Of a DNA stretch of 55,619 bases, positions 50,373-55,619 are shown piece by piece. The stretch is from assembly GCF_000315625.1 (NCBI RefSeq), contig NW_005434440.1:1-55619 (forward strand), in the 5' to 3' direction. The notes beneath the pieces are model-generated. The model had not been told where the DNA came from, made no database searches, and saw nothing but the letters and a program-made list of their open reading frames with translations. The position numbers were made by a program, and so were the translations under genes. This DNA is from Guillardia theta CCMP2712. Its lineage: Eukaryota > Protista > Cryptophyta. Positions within the stretch are counted from its first letter, which is position 1, and every line of letters starts with the position of its first letter.

Positions 50373-52172
50373 ATGGAGGCCAGATCATATGATGATCAGG
50401 GCACCAATGTGCAGACGATTACCATGAAGGTACTTGGGATCCCTGCATACTTTTCCAGACAGGTGGAAAACTTATGCCTCAAGCTTGAAGAGCAAGGCTT
50501 GATCGTCGATCAGACGCAAGATAGCAGGAGCCTGATCTTCAAGGCTCCCTTGAAGCCTGACCTTGTGCAGGCAGCGGAGATCCCAGCAGTGATCACATTT
50601 GTCCGCAATGAGGCGGCTGAGAAACTCTGGAAAGGAGAGGGTACCTTCAAGGTGGCAGGCAGGAGGATTCTAGCAGTGAACCCAGCAGCCAACCCACCGA
50701 TCTCGTTCAAGATGCGGCCAAAGAAGGAGAACATGGGCAGAGTTGGAATCCTAGCTGAGGTGGCCCAACTCCTGAGGCTCAACGATTCGAGCACAGGTGA
50801 CATATGTGAGATCTACAGGCAGCTATGCCTGAAGCAGGGATTAGCGATCATTGATCTGATCCCAAACGCGGGAATGACAGTGAACCTCCCCCCCAAGAGG
50901 AACCTACCGCCAAAGAAGGTGTTCGCTGCGGTAGGAATAGAAACAGTCAACCAGAACAGAGAGGTCGACTGGATCGCAACGTGCTCGAGCCTTGAAGCAG
51001 CGGACATCGTTCTTCAAGCATTCGATCGACATGGAAAGGATCGTGCAGGAGTCACTTTGGGACTGGTCTCAGAGAATGACAAAATACTGAAATGGTTCTC
51101 AGTGCAGATGGAAGCAACGGCGCTGCACAAGAATATGAAGAATGCGGTGCGACAAGAGGGCACGGCAATGGCAACGGGAGCAGAGATGCTGTACTCGGTA
51201 CAAATCTCCTCTCCTGTGCCGTCAGGGAAGTTCTCCCGAAATGAGATTGAAAAAATCTGCGCAAGTGACGAAACGGGCAGAGCAAAAGTCATCCGAAACA
51301 TTCGGAGGGCTGTCGCTTGCTTTGATCCACAGGTGGAAAAAGATCTCCAACGGATCCACCTCCAATGCGATCCAGAAACAGGGATCTGGGATGGGTCTGG
51401 TATCATTCTCCGGCTACGCAGTGAAAGTAGTGCAAGAAAGATGATGGCTGAATTCCCCACACAGCTCCTCTGCTGGCAAGGCACAGTTGAAATCCAAACG
51501 ACAGCGAGCAGTCTGAACCTCAAAGTGTCGCCTCAGGCAACTCGCGATCAGTCTAACCCTGAGGCCAGGTCACAAACGACGGGGACCAGAGCAGAGGGAA
51601 CTGTGTGGAACAGTTCCATTATCAATGAAACCAACTTCCCAGATGCGGGAACGGACGTGGTCGTCGAAGAACTTAAGGAAACTATTGCTGACCTAACTAG
51701 GAGCGAGCTGCAACAGCAAGGGCAGCTTCAACTCCATCTTGATGACGCGGTGCAAGAGATGGCTCCGGAGAGCCCAGGAAATGCATCCTTCCCCACGCTA
51801 CAAGAGTGGGCTGATAAGGGTGCCAACGCGGCAGAGAATGCCGTGAGCAAGCGACTACGTGAACGAGTCAGGGTGATTGCAGACAAGCATACGTGGAAGG
51901 TAGCGAAACGTAAGAGCAGCGCTTTCGCACCAAATGAGGAGAAGCCCTTGAAAACTGACCTTCTCTTCATTGCTTTGAATAAATTCCTGGAGGAAACGGC
52001 GCTCTCCCTCGTAGGAATGCTGGGAGACAGAAACGAATTGAAACTTGTTTTGAGCAGTGAGATACAGATGGAAGACGCGCGAGTGGAAGATGCACCCGAA
52101 GCAGGGAGCAGAGCGGTAGAAGTGGAGGAGATGTCGCTTGACTCCTCCCCAACCGCGCCGCTTGACGCCTAA
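50373..52172 (+). CDS. Retrotransposon ORF1-like protein (599 aa), possibly with degenerate RRM-like segments
   Basis: Intronless ORF directly upstream of, and overlapping by TAATG, the APE-bearing ORF2. No motif was confidently recognised. Confidence 0.6.
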   Translation: MEARSYDDQGTNVQTITMKVLGIPAYFSRQVENLCLKLEEQGLIVDQTQDSRSLIFKAPLKPDLVQAAEIPAVITFVRNEAAEKLWKGEGTFKVAGRRILAVNPAANPPISFKMRPKKENMGRVGILAEVAQLLRLNDSSTGDICEIYRQLCLKQGLAIIDLIPNAGMTVNLPPKRNLPPKKVFAAVGIETVNQNREVDWIATCSSLEAADIVLQAFDRHGKDRAGVTLGLVSENDKILKWFSVQMEATALHKNMKNAVRQEGTAMATGAEMLYSVQISSPVPSGKFSRNEIEKICASDETGRAKVIRNIRRAVACFDPQVEKDLQRIHLQCDPETGIWDGSGIILRLRSESSARKMMAEFPTQLLCWQGTVEIQTTASSLNLKVSPQATRDQSNPEARSQTTGTRAEGTVWNSSIINETNFPDAGTDVVVEELKETIADLTRSELQQQGQLQLHLDDAVQEMAPESPGNASFPTLQEWADKGANAAENAVSKRLRERVRVIADKHTWKVAKRKSSAFAPNEEKPLKTDLLFIALNKFLEETALSLVGMLGDRNELKLVLSSEIQMEDARVEDAPEAGSRAVEVEEMSLDSSPTAPLDA

Positions 52173-55100
52173 TGGAAGCAGGAGGAGGAGGAGAGGGCAG
52201 GTGGGACAGTGGGCACCAGGGCGTGGTGGAATCAAGCAGAAAGAGACAAGAAGGTGAGAAAAAGAATGACAAAGAAAATCCAAAAAACAGAAAAATACAA
52301 ACATTCGACTTGATAGGGGAGATCCCCTGGAGTCTACGGGAAAACAATAGAGAGTACGGAGCAGCGGCGCTGCTCAACTCAGGAGAAGATGGATTTCTCT
52401 CTGAGGACGTTATGGAGGCATTAATCGTTGAGGTAAACCGAAATTTAGAACCAGCGGAAGACAGATTTCAAATAGCATGGCTCCAAGGCACGAGGTATGC
52501 CAGCGAGCAAACTAGAAACCAATTTGGGCTGCAGAGAGGGACCATTGTTCTCCCGAGAATAGTAGCGGGTTTGAGAGATCAGGAGGGAAGGGCAAGGAGA
52601 GCAAAGCGACTGTTAGCCGGAGCAGATCAACCATTATTATTCCCATGCGTAGAAAACGGCAATCATTGGATCCTAATCGTGGCAGATGTCAACACAAAAA
52701 GAATACACATCGTCGACTCGCTCAACACGGCCGGGGAGAGAGACCTGGGGACAGTCAGAAGTCAAAGGGATGCACAGTTTCAATTGGGGGGCGCACAGCG
52801 AATGGACCTAGCATCACTCGTGGCGACGATCATCACCGAGGCAATTAGCGACCAACAAGAACAAGACGACAAGGCATGGAGGGCATGTGTGTCAACGGGA
52901 CTGCAACAAACGGACGGCTACAACTGCGGAATTTTTGTACTACTGCATCTGCTACTGATCGCAAAGACACGAAAGCAGACGCAACAACACGATATCTTCA
53001 ACATAGGTAGGCAACAAGGCGTCCCGCCACACCAACAATGGCTCGTGAGAACAAGGCACCTGCTGCTGGATGGGCTCTGGGGAGGGGGTCTAGAACAAGT
53101 TCACATGCGAGAAACGATCCAATGCATCTGCAGAGCGTTACAACACGCGCAAGAAACAGGCTACAAGGAATGGCAAGCAGCAAAGCTCACCATGGAACGT
53201 AGACCTAACCAGATGGAAAGGCGAGAGAATGGCCAAAAACGCGCAGGCGAGCTTCAGATGACCCAGGTAGCCGAAGATGCATGGCTAGAGGAGAGATGGA
53301 AAGACGGAGCGGCCCTGCAAATACCAGACAGGTCAGCACAGGGGGACATCCTGCCATACCCCCCTCCACCACCTCCCGCCCCATGCCCCGTCTCTCCACT
53401 CCAGCCACCTTCCCCCCCACCAGACATGCACGCAGAGACAAACTCGAAGCACGACAAGGAGACTAGGGGGGAGGAGGAGCCATCAGCCCCAACGAAGATG
53501 CAAGAGAGGTACGCGTCCCACCTTCAATGGGCATCGGAGGCGGAGGAGCAAATCCTAACAGCAAGCAGCAACGCACACGAGGCTACCACCGATAGGTCAG
53601 TGCACTCAGCATGGGTGGAAACCCACAAGAAGGACAACGCGCCAGGCAACATCATCTCTCAAAATGTCAATGGATGCAGTCAATTCGTGCTGAAACACAT
53701 CCTGGCATATTTGATTGAGAAGTATCATCCATCTATTGTCATGTTGCAGGAAGTCAGGGTGGGGCGTGGTAAGAAAAAGGAAACAGATCTCCGAATGATG
53801 ATCAAGAAAGAATGGGGATGTTACCGAATGTTTATGACCAAGGGTACAGGGTTTGGGAGAAAGGGTAAGAGTGATCTACGCCTTGTGATACTGGCGCATG
53901 CTGACCTTCTCCCGCGCCCCCCCTCCTCGCCAAATGGTACAGCATTGGAGGGGGCACACAGACAAAAAATACAAGTTTTACAGATCTCACGAAAAAAAGA
54001 AAACATACTTTTGTGTAACATTCATATGCCAGTGGCGACGGAGGAGGGGGAACAAGACAGCATGTGGAAGGCGCTAAGCCAGATGCTCAAGCCAGACCCA
54101 AACATCAAGCTCATCATCATCGGAGGCGACTTCAATGCATCTCGACAACATCCAGAGATCCCCATGAGAATAGGATACGGAAGCAATTCGAGTGTACACC
54201 GTGCAGATGAGAAAATGGAGCAAGTCTTAAATGAGCTTGGGCGAGTCCAGACAGTCACCTGCGAGAAGATGTGCAGAAGCAGCACACACTTCACCTTCTC
54301 CACATGGTACAAGCAGGGTCACCACCAAGCGAAATTGGATCATATCTTTGCTTTCCATCATCCATCTCGCACAGTAAGCCTGATATCGCAGACCGCAGAA
54401 GACTGCATCATAGGAGCTGCCGTCGACCACAGAGCACTCGTAGTGAATGTGAGCTCGCTCGATGCTGAGGGGGAGCAAGCCATCCCAAAGATTGAAATTC
54501 TCCCGCAAAGGAGAGATCGAGAAGCAATTCCTCGACGAAAGAAAAGGGTGGTCGAGATGGACAAGTTATCAGGAAGATTAGGTGTAGAATGGGCAATAGC
54601 ACTGGATGAGAAGATAACAGCGGCAAAAGCCCTACACCAAGACTTGGACATTCTCGAACTGATAACAACAGCCCTCCCCACCAAGGAAATCCCCCTACGA
54701 GGCTCAGGCGGTAAACGACATGCATCTAAGATTCAGATGGATCTGAAACGGAAACTCAAGCAGCTTCAAAGGGATCTGAGAAGCGCATCAGAAATTCCCG
54801 ACTTTATTGATCGGGCACACAAGGAGTCAAGCTTACACGCAGAAATAAGAGAGACAATGACCAAATTCAAAGAGATCTGCGCAGCACAGGACCAAGAGAT
54901 ATTTCTGAAAACTTGCGACGAACGAAGAAGACGCTTGGGGACGATAGGGAGTAAAGAGTCTCAAAATGCAATGGGCAAGAAGTCAGACTTTAAGCCCAAA
55001 GCCCCAATGCTGAGTCAACTGTCAGAGAAGTGCCACCCAAATACAATCGAACTTACGTCATGGAGGGATCTCCAGCCAGCGCTGCAACAGCCGGAGACAG

Positions 55101-55619
55101 CATATCTTCAAGAACTGAACCCGTTAATCGAAACATTCTTACAAAGCAGCTCCAAAGAATCAAGCAAAACCTTTTGGAATGCAAGACATCAAACCATGCT
55201 ACACGTCGAGACTCTCGGGGCGAGAAACCAGGCACCACAAAAGATGTGCATAACTCTGGCGCCTGCACACGCGATCGTACCCATCATCCGAGGACTGATC
55301 ACCCGGGGGCAGCCAGGAGGGTGGCGCTTAGTAGGATACAAAAACATCGAGCAATTCATCCCCATGAGATTGGCAAGAGACCTCGAAGATGAAACCCACA
55401 CGGCAACCTTCTTTGCAGTGAACGGCTGTACATTGAACGGAACATGCGCACGGGCTGAATGTCAAACAAAGGGAAGAATGATTCCGCTGTACGACAGACG
55501 TCAGGAAAACAAAGAACCAAAGATCCTCTTCTTCTGCAAAAGCTGTCAATTATTCACTTCCATCAAACCACCGGACTTCGACCCCCCAGATCAAATCAAT
55601 CAATATCAGACCAGGAGAT
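52172..55619 (+). CDS. Retrotransposon ORF2 (partial, >=1149 codons): Ulp1/C48 cysteine protease + AP endonuclease + Cys motif
   Basis: Translated by hand from ATG 52172 with no stop before the window end, which explains its absence from the track. Ulp1: FPCVENGNHWILIVADVNTKRIHIVDSL...QQTDGYNCGIFVL (~52640-52945). APE: NIISQNVNG, IVMLQEV, CNIHMP, IIIGGDFN, AKLDHIF, VDHRALV (~53650-54445). CARAEC...CKSC near 55445-55550. Confidence 0.88.
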   Translation, partial: MEAGGGGEGRWDSGHQGVVESSRKRQEGEKKNDKENPKNRKIQTFDLIGEIPWSLRENNREYGAAALLNSGEDGFLSEDVMEALIVEVNRNLEPAEDRFQIAWLQGTRYASEQTRNQFGLQRGTIVLPRIVAGLRDQEGRARRAKRLLAGADQPLLFPCVENGNHWILIVADVNTKRIHIVDSLNTAGERDLGTVRSQRDAQFQLGGAQRMDLASLVATIITEAISDQQEQDDKAWRACVSTGLQQTDGYNCGIFVLLHLLLIAKTRKQTQQHDIFNIGRQQGVPPHQQWLVRTRHLLLDGLWGGGLEQVHMRETIQCICRALQHAQETGYKEWQAAKLTMERRPNQMERRENGQKRAGELQMTQVAEDAWLEERWKDGAALQIPDRSAQGDILPYPPPPPPAPCPVSPLQPPSPPPDMHAETNSKHDKETRGEEEPSAPTKMQERYASHLQWASEAEEQILTASSNAHEATTDRSVHSAWVETHKKDNAPGNIISQNVNGCSQFVLKHILAYLIEKYHPSIVMLQEVRVGRGKKKETDLRMMIKKEWGCYRMFMTKGTGFGRKGKSDLRLVILAHADLLPRPPSSPNGTALEGAHRQKIQVLQISRKKENILLCNIHMPVATEEGEQDSMWKALSQMLKPDPNIKLIIIGGDFNASRQHPEIPMRIGYGSNSSVHRADEKMEQVLNELGRVQTVTCEKMCRSSTHFTFSTWYKQGHHQAKLDHIFAFHHPSRTVSLISQTAEDCIIGAAVDHRALVVNVSSLDAEGEQAIPKIEILPQRRDREAIPRRKKRVVEMDKLSGRLGVEWAIALDEKITAAKALHQDLDILELITTALPTKEIPLRGSGGKRHASKIQMDLKRKLKQLQRDLRSASEIPDFIDRAHKESSLHAEIRETMTKFKEICAAQDQEIFLKTCDERRRRLGTIGSKESQNAMGKKSDFKPKAPMLSQLSEKCHPNTIELTSWRDLQPALQQPETAYLQELNPLIETFLQSSSKESSKTFWNARHQTMLHVETLGARNQAPQKMCITLAPAHAIVPIIRGLITRGQPGGWRLVGYKNIEQFIPMRLARDLEDETHTATFFAVNGCTLNGTCARAECQTKGRMIPLYDRRQENKEPKILFFCKSCQLFTSIKPPDFDPPDQINQYQTRR

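Larger units (their letters stand above)
50333..55619 (+). mobile_element. 5' part of a probable non-LTR retrotransposon (ORF1 + ORF2 with Ulp1 protease and AP endonuclease); 5' boundary uncertain, runs off the window
   Basis: Two long intronless ORFs on an A-rich sense strand, joined by TAATG. ORF2 carries a LINE-type APE domain. The RT domain is not inside the window, so the class is inferred. Confidence 0.75.

Overview
Eukaryotic nuclear DNA with short (~47-57 nt) spliceosomal introns and CTGAC-type branch points; the style resembles cryptophyte algae, which is an unverified inference. From left to right: (1) a GT90/CAP10-like glycosyltransferase gene on the minus strand; (2) one giant 7-exon gene (4211-37988, +) that joins five of the large track ORFs into a ~11,150-aa secreted protein with Ig/TIG, EGF, FN3, EPTP-like, REJ, GPS-like and LysM regions; (3) a Roc GTPase fragment; (4) a Tyr-kinase-type kinase-RING gene whose catalytic lysine sits in a WNK-like position; (5) a zinc-finger/coiled-coil/kinase/PARP gene; (6) minisatellites and a PD-(D/E)xK-like nuclease ORF; (7) the 5' part of a probable non-LTR retrotransposon next to TTTAGGG blocks, with ORF1 joined by TAATG to an ORF2 (Ulp1 protease + AP endonuclease) that is missing from the ORF track. 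The main discovery is at 44326-45908. What looks like a ~107-bp satellite reads on the minus strand as a tandem array of homologous spliceosomal introns separated by exons one codon (3 nt) long. Spliced together, these codons rebuild the loop of a GATA-like zinc finger at the N-terminus of the kinase-PARP protein: MPYNCSNCQ-IVIEYDTNDSTKC-A-L-W-Y-G-L-R-N-G-Y-G-S-L-CC-N-CSKSRGWSDYEQ-YGCRHC.
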